Shown in pieces: positions 9,499 to 18,021 of a DNA stretch of 32,000 nucleotides (positions are counted from its first letter, which is position 1; each line of letters opens with the position of its first letter). The stretch is from the NCBI RefSeq assembly GCF_005696695.1, contig NZ_CP040006.1:810001-842000 (forward strand), written 5' to 3'. Made by a program: the position numbers and the translations under genes. The stretch comes from Schaalia odontolytica. GTDB lineage: Bacteria > Actinomycetota > Actinomycetes > Actinomycetales > Actinomycetaceae. The notes beneath the pieces were generated by a model that saw only the letters and a program-made list of their open reading frames with translations, searched no databases and had not been told where the DNA came from.

Positions 9499-10323
9499 CT
9501 AGATTCCGCTCACGAGGCCGTGGTCGACCGTCACGGGCCTCGTCTCGGTCTCGGGGTGGCAGTGGTCGCCGCCGCCGTGGTGCTGCTCGTGATCATCCTC
9601 GATGTGGGGCGGGCCGTCGTAGGAGACGTGTCCCGCGTTGATGTGCAGCTCGCGATCCAAGAGCGGGCCGAGCTCGCCCAGTTCGTGCAGGACGATGAGG
9701 ATCGTGGTCCCCTCCGCCTTGGCCTCGGCGACGATCTGCGCGAGGCGCGCTCGCGATGTCGCGTCGATCCCAGCCATCGGCTCGTCCATGATGAGCAGCT
9801 CAGGTCGGCGCACGAGGGCGCGCGCGATGAGGACGCGTTGTGCCTGCCCGCCCGACAGAATGTTGAGGGGGGAGTGGGCGCGGTGGGCCATGCCGACGCG
9901 CTCGAGGGCGGCCAGAGCCTTCGCTGTGTCGCCCGGCAGTGCCCACAGGCGACGAGGCCCGAGCAGGCCGGATCGCACGACCTCGATCGCGCTGGCGCTA
10001 ATCGCGCCGCCCGAGGAGATGCGCTGGGGGACGTAGCCGATCTTGTTCCACGGCACGCGGCGGCGAGTGGAAATCGAGTGACCGAAGAGCTGGGCGTCGC
10101 CGCTTGTGATGGGCGCGGTGCCCAGCAGGGCCTTCAGGGTTGTGGACTTACCCGATCCGTTGGAACCGGTGATCGCTACGGTCTGGCCGGCGGGGATATC
10201 GAGCGAGATCCCGTGGAGGATCAGGTCCGTATCCCAGGCCACGTGCAGGTTGTCGAGACGCACGACGGCGGTCGCCTCCGCGAAGGAGGCTCCCGCCGTC
10301 GTGGGGTTGTCAGTCGTTGTCAC
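9499..10323 (-). CDS. znuC: Zinc ABC transporter ATP-binding protein
   Basis: Walker A GSNGSGKST, signature LSGGQ, Walker B LLIMDEP, and a His-rich C-terminal tail. GTGA overlap with the znuA stop. Confidence 0.88.
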   Translation of the reverse strand: MTTTDNPTTAGASFAEATAVVRLDNLHVAWDTDLILHGISLDIPAGQTVAITGSNGSGKSTTLKALLGTAPITSGDAQLFGHSISTRRRVPWNKIGYVPQRISSGGAISASAIEVVRSGLLGPRRLWALPGDTAKALAALERVGMAHRAHSPLNILSGGQAQRVLIARALVRRPELLIMDEPMAGIDATSRARLAQIVAEAKAEGTTILIVLHELGELGPLLDRELHINAGHVSYDGPPHIEDDHEQHHGGGDHCHPETETRPVTVDHGLVSGI

Positions 10324-11351
10324 TGGCAGTCGAGGGCTTTCGTCAGGGCGTCAATGTTGGAGTTCATCGTCGCGGCGTAGTCCTTGGACGCGTCGGTCTG
10401 GGACTCGATCGGGTCTAGGACGGCCGTCGTGATGCCGAGGTCGTCGGCCAGGGTCTGAGCGACCTTGGGATCGATGAGGGCCTCGGTGAAGATCGTCGTC
10501 ACGCCCTGCTCCTTGGCGATCTGGGCGATTTCAGCCAGACGCGCGGGGGAGGGGGAGGACTCGGGGTCGAGGCCGGAGATGCCGACCTGGGTCAGGCCCG
10601 TGCGGTCCGCCAGGTAACCGAAGGCGGTGTGGGCGGTGACGAAGGTCTTGACCTTGCAGCTCGAGGTCTTGGTGACCAGGGTGTCGCTCAGGGTGTTGAG
10701 CTCCTCGGCCAGGGCCTTCGCGTTCGCCTTGTAGACGTCGGCGTGGGCGGAGTCAGCCTCGGCGAGCTTGTCGCCCACCAGGGTGGCGGCATGCGCCATG
10801 CGGGTGGGATCCAGCCAGAAGTGCGGGTCCGCGCTCATGTCGTGGTGGTGCTCGTGGCCCTCGTGGTCGTGGCCTTCGTGGTCGTGGCCCTCATGATCAT
10901 GGTCGTGGGCTTCGGTCTCGCCGGACTGGGCCTCCTCGGTGGCCTCTTCCTCCTCCTCGGCGGGGTGGTTGGCGTCGGTGCCCGCCTCAACCAGCTCGGC
11001 TGCGGGAGAGACGTCGATGACGGTCTTGGGGGCCTGCTGCTCGATGGCCTCGTCAACCGCGCTCTGGAAGCCCGCGAGGTAGACGACCGCGTCCGCGGAG
11101 GACAGAGAGTCGACCATCTTGGGGGAGAGCTCGAGGTCGTGCGGCTCGGCGCCTTCCGGGGTCAGAGAGGTGACGGAAACGTGCTCGCCGCCGATCTTCT
11201 CAGCCAGGTACTGCAGGGGGTAGAACGAGGCCATGACGGTCAGTTTGCCGTCCTTGGAGGAGCTATCTCCGGACGTGGCCGTGGAGGTGCAGGCGGACAG
11301 GGCGAGCGCTGTGGCAGCCGCGCATGCGGCAGCAAGGATTCTCTTCGACAT
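10320..11351 (-). CDS. znuA: Zinc ABC transporter substrate-binding lipoprotein with His-rich loop
   Basis: Lipobox LALSAC. His/Asp/Glu-rich loop HDHDHEGHDHEGHDHEGHEHHHD typical of ZnuA. ATG 11351 (MSKRIL...) is preferred over ATG 11360 because 11360 lies inside the predicted -10 element. Confidence 0.88.
   Translation of the reverse strand: MSKRILAAACAAATALALSACTSTATSGDSSSKDGKLTVMASFYPLQYLAEKIGGEHVSVTSLTPEGAEPHDLELSPKMVDSLSSADAVVYLAGFQSAVDEAIEQQAPKTVIDVSPAAELVEAGTDANHPAEEEEEATEEAQSGETEAHDHDHEGHDHEGHDHEGHEHHHDMSADPHFWLDPTRMAHAATLVGDKLAEADSAHADVYKANAKALAEELNTLSDTLVTKTSSCKVKTFVTAHTAFGYLADRTGLTQVGISGLDPESSPSPARLAEIAQIAKEQGVTTIFTEALIDPKVAQTLADDLGITTAVLDPIESQTDASKDYAATMNSNIDALTKALDCQ
10854..10898. 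repeat. 3 x 15-bp in-frame tandem repeat encoding the (HDHEG)n His-rich loop of ZnuA
   Basis: GTGGCCCTCGTGGTC / GTGGCCTTCGTGGTC / GTGGCCCTCATGATC on the plus strand. Confidence 0.8.
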
Positions 11352-11381
11352 GAAAATCATTCTCTTTGAAATTGAGAATCT
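11351..11381 (-). promoter_or_regulatory. Two adjacent Zur-box-like sites overlapping the znuA promoter and start
   Basis: TGAAAATCATTCTCT (11351-11365) matches 13/15 positions of the actinobacterial Zur palindrome TGAAAATCATTTTCA, recalled from memory. A weaker second site, TGAAATTGAGAATCT, lies at 11367-11381. On the minus strand, TTGACA (rc 11383-11388) is followed by an 18-nt spacer, GAGAAT (rc 11359-11364), 7 nt, then ATG. Confidence 0.6.
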
Positions 11382-11425
11382 TTGTCAAGTCAATCTCGGT
11401 GCCCGGACCGCCGTGATCTGGGGAG

Positions 11426-12442
11426 TTAGCGGACGTGTCCAGTGGAGCTCCGCACGATCAAATCGGGCGAAAAGACGTAGTCGGCGTGCGTGGGGGTGTA
11501 GTCGGCTGTGTTCAATGCCTCGAAGAGGGCGCGCACGGCGGATGCGACGATCGACTGCACGGGCTGGTGGATCGTCGTGAGTGCCGGATCCAGGTGGCTC
11601 ATGAGGAACGTGTCGTCGAAGCCGATGACCGAGACGTCGCTCGGGACGGATAGGCCGAGCGAGGAGATCGTGCGGATGGCGCCGAGGGCCTGCAGGTCGG
11701 ATCCGGTGATGATTGCTGTCACGCCGCGCTCCAGGAGGGCGTGCGTGTAGGCGGCAGCGGCCTCGTACGTGTAGAAGGTTTCTTCGATGATGGGGGAGTG
11801 GTCTCCGATCAGCTCGCCCATCACCTGTGTGAATGCCTCGGCCTTACGTAGGGCCGGGACAATGTGCGTGCGGCCGGTGAGAAGCGCGATGCGCGTGTGG
11901 CCCAGCTCGTGCAGGTGAGTGACCGCGGCGCGAATGCCGAGGGAATCTCCGGTGGAAAAGTCGGGGGCTGGGACCTCCGGGCGCGCGCCGTTGATCGTGA
12001 CGAAGGGGATTCCGCGCGCAGCGACGTCGTGATAGGGGGAAAGGTCGGACAGGAGATCCGCGTGCCTGCCGGAGACAAAGATGAGTCCGTCGACGCGGTG
12101 ATCAATGAGTGAGGAGAGGTGGTCGAACTCGGACGTCGCGCCCGGTGTCTGCGTGCGAATGAGGGCGATGCCGCCCGCGCGGGAGATCTCCTCTTGAAGG
12201 TGATGGGCGAAGGAGGCGAAGATCGGGTTCGTCAGCTCCGGCACGATAACGCCGACCGTCGGAGTGCTGGGCGTGTGCTCGCTGGGAGGGCGGTCGTAGC
12301 CCAGCTCGTCGATCGCCGTCAGGACCCTGCGGCGTGTGTCTTCGGAGACCTGGCCGACGCCGTTGAAAACGCGTGAAACAGTTGCGGTTGATACACCCGC
12401 ATGGGCCGCGATATCGGCCATGCTTGTACGATTTTTGGTCAT
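11426..12442 (-). CDS. LacI-family transcriptional regulator (probable maltose/maltodextrin regulon repressor)
   Basis: HTH MADIAAHAGVSTATVSRVFNG plus a periplasmic-binding-fold core. Divergent from malE. I trimmed the start to ATG 12442, preceded by AAGGAGAG. Confidence 0.85.
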   Translation of the reverse strand: MTKNRTSMADIAAHAGVSTATVSRVFNGVGQVSEDTRRRVLTAIDELGYDRPPSEHTPSTPTVGVIVPELTNPIFASFAHHLQEEISRAGGIALIRTQTPGATSEFDHLSSLIDHRVDGLIFVSGRHADLLSDLSPYHDVAARGIPFVTINGARPEVPAPDFSTGDSLGIRAAVTHLHELGHTRIALLTGRTHIVPALRKAEAFTQVMGELIGDHSPIIEETFYTYEAAAAYTHALLERGVTAIITGSDLQALGAIRTISSLGLSVPSDVSVIGFDDTFLMSHLDPALTTIHQPVQSIVASAVRALFEALNTADYTPTHADYVFSPDLIVRSSTGHVR

Positions 12443-12471
12443 CGGCTCAACTCTCCTTTGGGTGTCCGAGT

Positions 12472-12526
12472 GCAGCTGTTTCCCTATAAATGTAACAGCT
12501 TGCACACAATTGCGAAAATTGTTGCA
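12472..12526. promoter_or_regulatory. Inverted repeats in the LacI/malE divergent region (candidate operators)
   Basis: GCAGCTGTT-N13-AACAGCT (12472-12500) and TGCAcACAATT-gcgaa-AATTGTTGCA (12501-12526). TTGCA/TGCAG motifs are reminiscent of actinobacterial MalR sites. Confidence 0.3.
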
Positions 12527-12607
12527 GAAACAAAATCGGGCGTATTACAGTGACCATGTAGCAGGTCGCTGATGGAGGCGACCCGCCTGACCAACACAGG
12601 AGTAATA

Positions 12608-13834
12608 ATGCGACGTGGCATCGCAGCGCTCGGCGTCCTCGCGGCGGCTACCGCCCTGGCCGCCTGCAACAACGGCACCACCTCTTCCTCGACCTCCTCG
12701 GACAGCGCGAACACCGACGCTGTGGCGACCCTGACGATCTGGGCGGATGACACCCGCTTCTCCCAGGTTGAGGACCTCGCCGAGGACTTCACCACCAACA
12801 CAGGCGTGAAGGTCAACGTCGTGCAGAAGTCTGAATCCGACATGGATACCGAGTTCACCACCCAGGTGCCCACCGGCAACGGCCCCGACCTGATCGTCAT
12901 GGCCCACGACAAGCTGGGTGCACTCGTCGCTAACGGCGTCGTCGCCCCCGTGGACCTGGGCGAGGCCAAGTCCAACTTCGCAGACGTCGCCGTCAAGGCC
13001 GTCACCTACAACGGCCAGACCTACGGCGTCCCCTACGCCGTTGAGTCTGTCGCACTGGTGCGCAACAACGCCCTCACCAAGGACGAGCCCAAGACCTACG
13101 ACGACATGATCGCCTCCGGTAAGACCGCCGGCGTCGAGTACCCCTTCATCATCCAGATGGGCGACAAGGGCGACCCGTACCACTTCTACGGCTTCCAGAC
13201 CTCCTTCGGCGCCCCCGTCTTCAACACCAACGCTGACGGCGAGTACACCTCCGAGCTGGCCATGAGTGGCTCCGGCGGCACCGACTTCGCAAACTGGCTC
13301 AAGGCTCAGGCTGACGCGAATGTGTTCTCCACGTCCATCACGGGCGACATCGCCAAGCAGGCCTTCCTCGACGGCAAGGCCGCCTACACGGTGACCGGCC
13401 CCTGGAACGTCGCCGCCTTCCGCGAGGCCGGCATGGACGTCTCCGTCCTGCCGATCCCCTCCGCCGGCTCCCAGGCTGCGCAGCCCTTCGTTGGTGTCCA
13501 GATGTTCTACCAGAGTGCCAAGTCTGCCAACCCGGTCGCTGCCAAGCAGTTCTTCAACTACCTGGCCACCCCCGAGGCTCAGGAAGAGATGCAGAAGCTC
13601 GGTGGTCGCGCCTCTGCGATGCCTTCGGTCGCCGCCAAGTCGGATGACCAGGACATCAAGGACTTCGCGAAGGTTGCCGAGTCCGGCGCTCTCGCCCCCG
13701 CGATCCCCGCGATGGGTTCCGTCTGGAACTTCTGGGGCCAGACCGAGGCCAACATCGTGAGTGGCACCGAGGCCCCGGCCGAGGGCTGGGCGACCATGGT
13801 CACCAACATCAACAACGCGATCGCCTCCAAGTGA
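12608..13834 (+). CDS. malE: Maltose/maltodextrin ABC transporter substrate-binding lipoprotein
   Basis: Lipobox LAAC. Collinear similarity to E. coli MalE (GPDLIxxAHDxxG, YNGxxYGxPxAVExxAL, FVGVQ). I trimmed the start to ATG 12608, which has an AGGAG RBS. Confidence 0.85.
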   Translation: MRRGIAALGVLAAATALAACNNGTTSSSTSSDSANTDAVATLTIWADDTRFSQVEDLAEDFTTNTGVKVNVVQKSESDMDTEFTTQVPTGNGPDLIVMAHDKLGALVANGVVAPVDLGEAKSNFADVAVKAVTYNGQTYGVPYAVESVALVRNNALTKDEPKTYDDMIASGKTAGVEYPFIIQMGDKGDPYHFYGFQTSFGAPVFNTNADGEYTSELAMSGSGGTDFANWLKAQADANVFSTSITGDIAKQAFLDGKAAYTVTGPWNVAAFREAGMDVSVLPIPSAGSQAAQPFVGVQMFYQSAKSANPVAAKQFFNYLATPEAQEEMQKLGGRASAMPSVAAKSDDQDIKDFAKVAESGALAPAIPAMGSVWNFWGQTEANIVSGTEAPAEGWATMVTNINNAIASK

Positions 13835-13868
13835 TCGAACTCGCCGGTTGCATAGCGACTGGCACCCC

Positions 13869-14005
13869 GCTCGCCTGAGGCGAGCACCCAGCCTCGCACC
13901 CGCCCGCGTCCCACGCGGCGGGCGGGTGCGAGGCCCACAAAACGCTCGCGCCGCCCTGCGGCGCACTCGCACCCCCGGGTGCTTTCCGACCCGCCACCAG
14001 GCGGG
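13869..14005 (+). other. Cluster of five GC-rich stem-loops in the 215-nt malE-malF intercistronic region
   Basis: Hairpins at 13869-13885, 13892-13933 (16-bp stem), 13948-13964, 13969-13982 and 13990-14005. Confidence 0.6.
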
Positions 14006-14049
14006 TATCGTCGCAATGACGCGCAAACTGCGCACGTGTGGAGGACACG

Positions 14050-15642
14050 ATGTCTGAGCCAGCGAAGGCTGCAGAAAAGAAAAAAGAGGCGCGCACAGCC
14101 TCGCACGCTAGCGAAGTGACCAGGCCCGGTTTCTTCGTCAAACTCGTCCTGATGATGCTCATCGATGCCCTGGGGATCTACGGCATGTTCACCGCTTACC
14201 TGGTGAAGTCCTGGACGGTTCTCGCCGTCCTCGCCGTCCTGCTTCTCGCGGTCAACTGGGTGTACTTCTCCAAGCGGACTATTCCCGCGAAGTACCTCGT
14301 TCCCGGCATGGTCTTCCTGCTCATCTACCAGGTCTTCGTCATGGGGTACACGGGCTACGTGTCCTTCACGAACTACGGCCAGGGCCATAACTCCAGCAAG
14401 GATGACGCTGTCGCCTCGATCCTGCAGGCTTCCGAGCAGCGCGCCGAGGGTGCGCCGAGCCTCCCCGCCGCCGTCGTTGAGGACAGCAACGGCCTCGGGC
14501 TCGCGGTGGTCGACACTGCGACGGGCGCGATCCGCGTGGGCGACTCCGAGACCCCGCTGCACGAGGTGTCCGGCACCTACGCAGCCGGCGTCATCAGCGC
14601 GGTTGACGGTTACAAGGTCCTGACGCTCGCCGAGATCCTCAAGCCCGAGGTGCAGCAGAAGGTCTCCGCCATCAAGGTTCCGGTCTCCGACAATCCGAAC
14701 GACGGAAGCTACCGAAGCGATGACGGATCGACCGCCTACCTGGCCAAGTCCCGCTACAACTACGACGAGGCCGCCGACACCCTGACCGACACGACGACCG
14801 GCGTCGTCTACACGGCCAACAACAAGATCGGCGCCTTCGTTGACGCGGACGGCAATCAGGTCGACCCGGGCTGGCGCGTCTTCGTCGGCTTTGACAACTA
14901 CATGAACATGTTCGCCCGCGGCGACCTGGCCGGTCCCTTCCTGAAGGCCCTGCTGTGGTCCTTCGTCTTCGCCGCGGTCTCGGTCCTGTCGACCTTCGCG
15001 CTCGGCCTGATCCTGGGCCTCGTGTTCGCAGACAAGCGCATCAAGGGTCGTAAGATCTACCAGTCCCTCATGATCCTTCCCTACGCCTTCCCGGCCTTCC
15101 TGGCCACCCTGGTGTGGAAGGGCATGCTCAACACAGACTTCGGCTTGATCAACCAGGTGTTCCTCGGCGGCGTGAAAATCCCGTGGCTGACGGACGGATT
15201 GCTGGCGAAGTTCTCGATCTTGGGCGTGAACCTGTGGCTGGGCTTCCCCTACATGTTCCTCGTGTGCCTGGGTGCCCTGCAGTCCCTGCCGGGTGACGTC
15301 GAAGAGGCCGCGAAGATCGACGGCGCCTCCGGCCTGCGTACCGTGTGGTCCATCAAGCTGCCGCTCGTGCTGCAGTCGACCGTTCCGCTGCTGATCGCGT
15401 CCTTCGCGTTCAACTTCAACAACTTCTCGCTCATCTACATGCTGACCGGCGGCGGCCCGAACTACCCGGGCTTGGATGTCGGCCAGACTGACATCCTGAT
15501 CTCGATGGTCTACAAGATCGCGATCGAGTCGGGTTCCCCGAACTACGGCCTGGCCTCGGCCATGTCTATCGTCATCTTCATCGTCGTGGGCGTGATCGCG
15601 TGGCTCGGTTTCCGCCAGACGAAGACCCTTGAGGAGCTGTGA
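14050..15642 (+). CDS. malF: Maltose/maltodextrin ABC transporter permease (MalF-like, with large extracytoplasmic loop)
   Basis: EAA loop (EEAAKIDGASGLR) and MalF-type long P2 loop. ATG 14050 has GGAGGA 5 nt upstream. Confidence 0.85.
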   Translation: MSEPAKAAEKKKEARTASHASEVTRPGFFVKLVLMMLIDALGIYGMFTAYLVKSWTVLAVLAVLLLAVNWVYFSKRTIPAKYLVPGMVFLLIYQVFVMGYTGYVSFTNYGQGHNSSKDDAVASILQASEQRAEGAPSLPAAVVEDSNGLGLAVVDTATGAIRVGDSETPLHEVSGTYAAGVISAVDGYKVLTLAEILKPEVQQKVSAIKVPVSDNPNDGSYRSDDGSTAYLAKSRYNYDEAADTLTDTTTGVVYTANNKIGAFVDADGNQVDPGWRVFVGFDNYMNMFARGDLAGPFLKALLWSFVFAAVSVLSTFALGLILGLVFADKRIKGRKIYQSLMILPYAFPAFLATLVWKGMLNTDFGLINQVFLGGVKIPWLTDGLLAKFSILGVNLWLGFPYMFLVCLGALQSLPGDVEEAAKIDGASGLRTVWSIKLPLVLQSTVPLLIASFAFNFNNFSLIYMLTGGGPNYPGLDVGQTDILISMVYKIAIESGSPNYGLASAMSIVIFIVVGVIAWLGFRQTKTLEEL

Positions 15643-16538
15643 TGAGCGCTGCAACTGTGAAGAAGAACCGTGAGTCTACCCTGAAGGGTGCGCGCTGGTG
15701 GAAAGAGGTCGGTTGGCGCCACATCGTCGCCATCCTGATGATCATCTACTGCCTGGTCCCGCTGCTCTACGTCCTGTCGGTGTCCCTGAACCCCGGCGCG
15801 ACGCTCACCGGATCGACCAAGCTCTTCTCCGCGTTTTCCTTCGAGAACTTCCTGGCGCTGGGCTCCGGCAAGTACGCCGGCTACTGGTCGTGGGTCCTGA
15901 ACTCCCTCATCGTGTCGACCACGACCGCTGTGGGCACCGTCCTCATGGGCGCGGCTGCCGCCTACGCGTTCAGCCGCTTCCGCTTCAAGGGACGCCGTGC
16001 GACCCTGACCGGCCTGCTGCTGGTGCAGATGTTCCCGCAGATGCTGGCCTTCGTGGCCCTGTACCTGCTGCTCCTGGGAATCCAGGACATCTTCCCGGTC
16101 CTCGGCCTGAACTCCAAGCTCGGCCTGATCTGCGTCTACCTCGGTGGCGCGCTCGGCTCGAACACCTTCCTGCTCTACGGATTCTTCAACTCGATCCCGC
16201 GTTCGCTGGATGAAGCGGCCATGATCGACGGCGCGACGCACGCCCAGACCTTCTGGACGATCATCATGCCGCTCGTCCGCCCCGTCCTGGCAGTTGTGGG
16301 CCTGCTGAGCTTCATCTCCTCGCTCGGCGACTTCGTGATCGCGAAGGTCGTCCTGCAGGATCAGAGCCAGTTCACCCTGGCTGTCGGCATGTACATGTGG
16401 GCATCCGATGAGCGCACCGCTCCGTGGAGCATCTTCGCGGCCGGCTCCGTCATCGCGGCCATCCCGGTGATCCTGCTGTTCCAGTACCTGCAGAAGTACA
16501 TCGTCTCCGGCCTGACCGCCGGCGGCGTCAAGGAGTAA
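15639..16538 (+). CDS. malG: Maltose/maltodextrin ABC transporter permease (MalG-like)
   Basis: EAA loop (LDEAAMIDGATHAQTFW). ATGA overlap with malF. Confidence 0.87.
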   Translation: MMSAATVKKNRESTLKGARWWKEVGWRHIVAILMIIYCLVPLLYVLSVSLNPGATLTGSTKLFSAFSFENFLALGSGKYAGYWSWVLNSLIVSTTTAVGTVLMGAAAAYAFSRFRFKGRRATLTGLLLVQMFPQMLAFVALYLLLLGIQDIFPVLGLNSKLGLICVYLGGALGSNTFLLYGFFNSIPRSLDEAAMIDGATHAQTFWTIIMPLVRPVLAVVGLLSFISSLGDFVIAKVVLQDQSQFTLAVGMYMWASDERTAPWSIFAAGSVIAAIPVILLFQYLQKYIVSGLTAGGVKE

Positions 16539-16563
16539 GCGTCTCCGCGCTTTTCCGCTGAGC

Positions 16564-16609
16564 CAGCCCCGGCCTCGTCCCCTATCCCCGTGGGACGAGG
16601 CCGGGGCTG
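16564..16609 (+). terminator. Intrinsic terminator after malG; conserved-hairpin family copy C
   Basis: CAGCCCCGGCCTCGTCCC-ctatccccgt-GGGACGAGGCCGGGGCTG followed by TTTTAT. Confidence 0.8.
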
Positions 16610-16688
16610 TTTTATGCGTTCGGGTGCGGGGGAGTGGGCTTCTTGGGGTCCGCGTGGTGGGAGCAGTTGACAGGTTAGTTGGTTATAT

Positions 16689-16712
16689 GGTTCATTAGTC
16701 ATGTAATGAACC
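16689..16712 (+). promoter_or_regulatory. Perfect 9-bp inverted repeat GGTTCATTA-N6-TAATGAACC overlapping a -10-like TGTAAT; candidate YtrA/GntR operator
   Basis: Located 27 nt upstream of the GntR start. Preceded by 8-bp-periodic GGTTAGTT/GGTTATAT/GGTTCATT (16673-16696) and by TTGACA (16667-16672). Confidence 0.5.
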
Positions 16713-16738
16713 ACTGAAGCTGAAGGGAGGACTTGCGC

Positions 16739-17128
16739 ATGGCACCCACGTTCGTCTCGGGGATCCCGATCTACGTGCAGATCGCCGACGACATCCGCGC
16801 GCAGATCCTGCGCGGCACCCTGCGTGCCGGGGATCAGCTCACCTCCACCACGGAATACTCCGCGACCTACCGCATCAACCCGGCCACCGTCGGCAAGGCC
16901 TTCGCGATCCTCGTCGACGAGGGCCTCGTCGAAAAGCGGCGCGGCATTGGCATGTTCGTCGCCGAAGGCGCCCGCCGCGCGCTCGTGGCCGACGGGCTCG
17001 CATCCTACGTGGAGGAGACCCTGAACCCCGCCGTCGAAGCGGGCCTGGCCCTGGGCCTCGACATCGACGCCATCATCGACCACGTCCGCGCCTACAGCGC
17101 CGACACGACCGCCAAGGACAACTCATGA
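16739..17128 (+). CDS. GntR-family transcriptional regulator, YtrA-like short form
   Basis: PIYVQIADDIRAQILRG...INPATVGKAFAILVDEGLVEKRRGIGMFV. GGGAGG RBS 9 nt upstream of ATG 16739. Confidence 0.85.
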   Translation: MAPTFVSGIPIYVQIADDIRAQILRGTLRAGDQLTSTTEYSATYRINPATVGKAFAILVDEGLVEKRRGIGMFVAEGARRALVADGLASYVEETLNPAVEAGLALGLDIDAIIDHVRAYSADTTAKDNS

Positions 17129-18021
17129 TCACCCTCAACTCCATCAGTCACACGTATCCGGGAGAGAACGAGGCGGCGCTGCGCGACATCTCGCTCACCC
17201 TCGGGGACGCCACCGTCACGGCCCTGGTTGGCCCCAACGGCTCGGGCAAGACGACGCTCATGCAGATCCTCGGCGGCCTGCTTCCGCCGTCGTCGGGAAA
17301 TGTGTCCATATGCGGAACGGAGGTGAGTTCTAACGACCTACTTGGTTACTCAGTCGTGGTCTCTTCCGACAGGGACTTTGATAATTCATCGGCTTCGGCC
17401 ATGGTCGCCTACGCCGCGCTGCGTCCGACCTGGGATCAGAAACTCTTTGACCACTACGTTCAGCGTTTCTCCTTCCAGCTGAAGGGGCGCAAGAAGCTGC
17501 GCAAGATGTCCTCGGGGCAGGCTGCCATCCTGGCCGGCGCTGTGGCACTGGCATCGGGTGCACCCATTACCGTCCTTGATGAGATTCAGGCTCCCATGGA
17601 CGTTCCCACCCGATACGCGTTCTACGAGGAACTGCTCACCCTGGCCTCCGACAGTATGGAGGGACGACGCCCGCAGCGCGCCTTCCTCATGTCCTCACAT
17701 ATGGTCTCCGAGCTCGAAAACGTTGCTGAAGACGTCGTCGCCCTCAAAAATGGGCGTCTGCTTGCCCATGAGAGCGTTGATGAGTTCACTTCGCGTATCT
17801 GTGCGATTACCGGTAACACCGCTGACGTGGAACGCTTCCTGGCCGATCACTCCGATATTGCCGTCATTACTTCTCGCGTGCTTGGGTCCGCACGAGAAGT
17901 CATCGTGGACCTGCGTGGCCGTGGTGTCGCTGACCATGAGATTGCATCCCACTCACTGACCTCCTCGCCCTGTTCCTTCCAGGACGCCTTCGCCTACCTC
18001 ATCCAGGAGAACGACCAATGA
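17125..18021 (+). CDS. ABC transporter ATP-binding protein (divergent motifs)
   Basis: Walker A GPNGSGKT, signature variant MSSGQ, Walker B ITVLDE followed by IQAPMD rather than PxxGLD, H-loop SSH. ATGA overlaps at both ends. Confidence 0.8.
   Translation: MITLNSISHTYPGENEAALRDISLTLGDATVTALVGPNGSGKTTLMQILGGLLPPSSGNVSICGTEVSSNDLLGYSVVVSSDRDFDNSSASAMVAYAALRPTWDQKLFDHYVQRFSFQLKGRKKLRKMSSGQAAILAGAVALASGAPITVLDEIQAPMDVPTRYAFYEELLTLASDSMEGRRPQRAFLMSSHMVSELENVAEDVVALKNGRLLAHESVDEFTSRICAITGNTADVERFLADHSDIAVITSRVLGSAREVIVDLRGRGVADHEIASHSLTSSPCSFQDAFAYLIQENDQ

Noticed and set aside
9522-9553. Inverted repeat ACGAGGCCGTG-N9-CACGGGCCTCGT at the 3' end of znuC, considered as a possible seventh member of the hairpin family.
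   Set aside because: It lies inside the coding sequence with the arms in the opposite order to the family (the GAGGCC arm comes first), and it has an indel. GAGGCC/GGCCTC words are common in high-GC coding DNA. The evidence is insufficient to call it an element copy.
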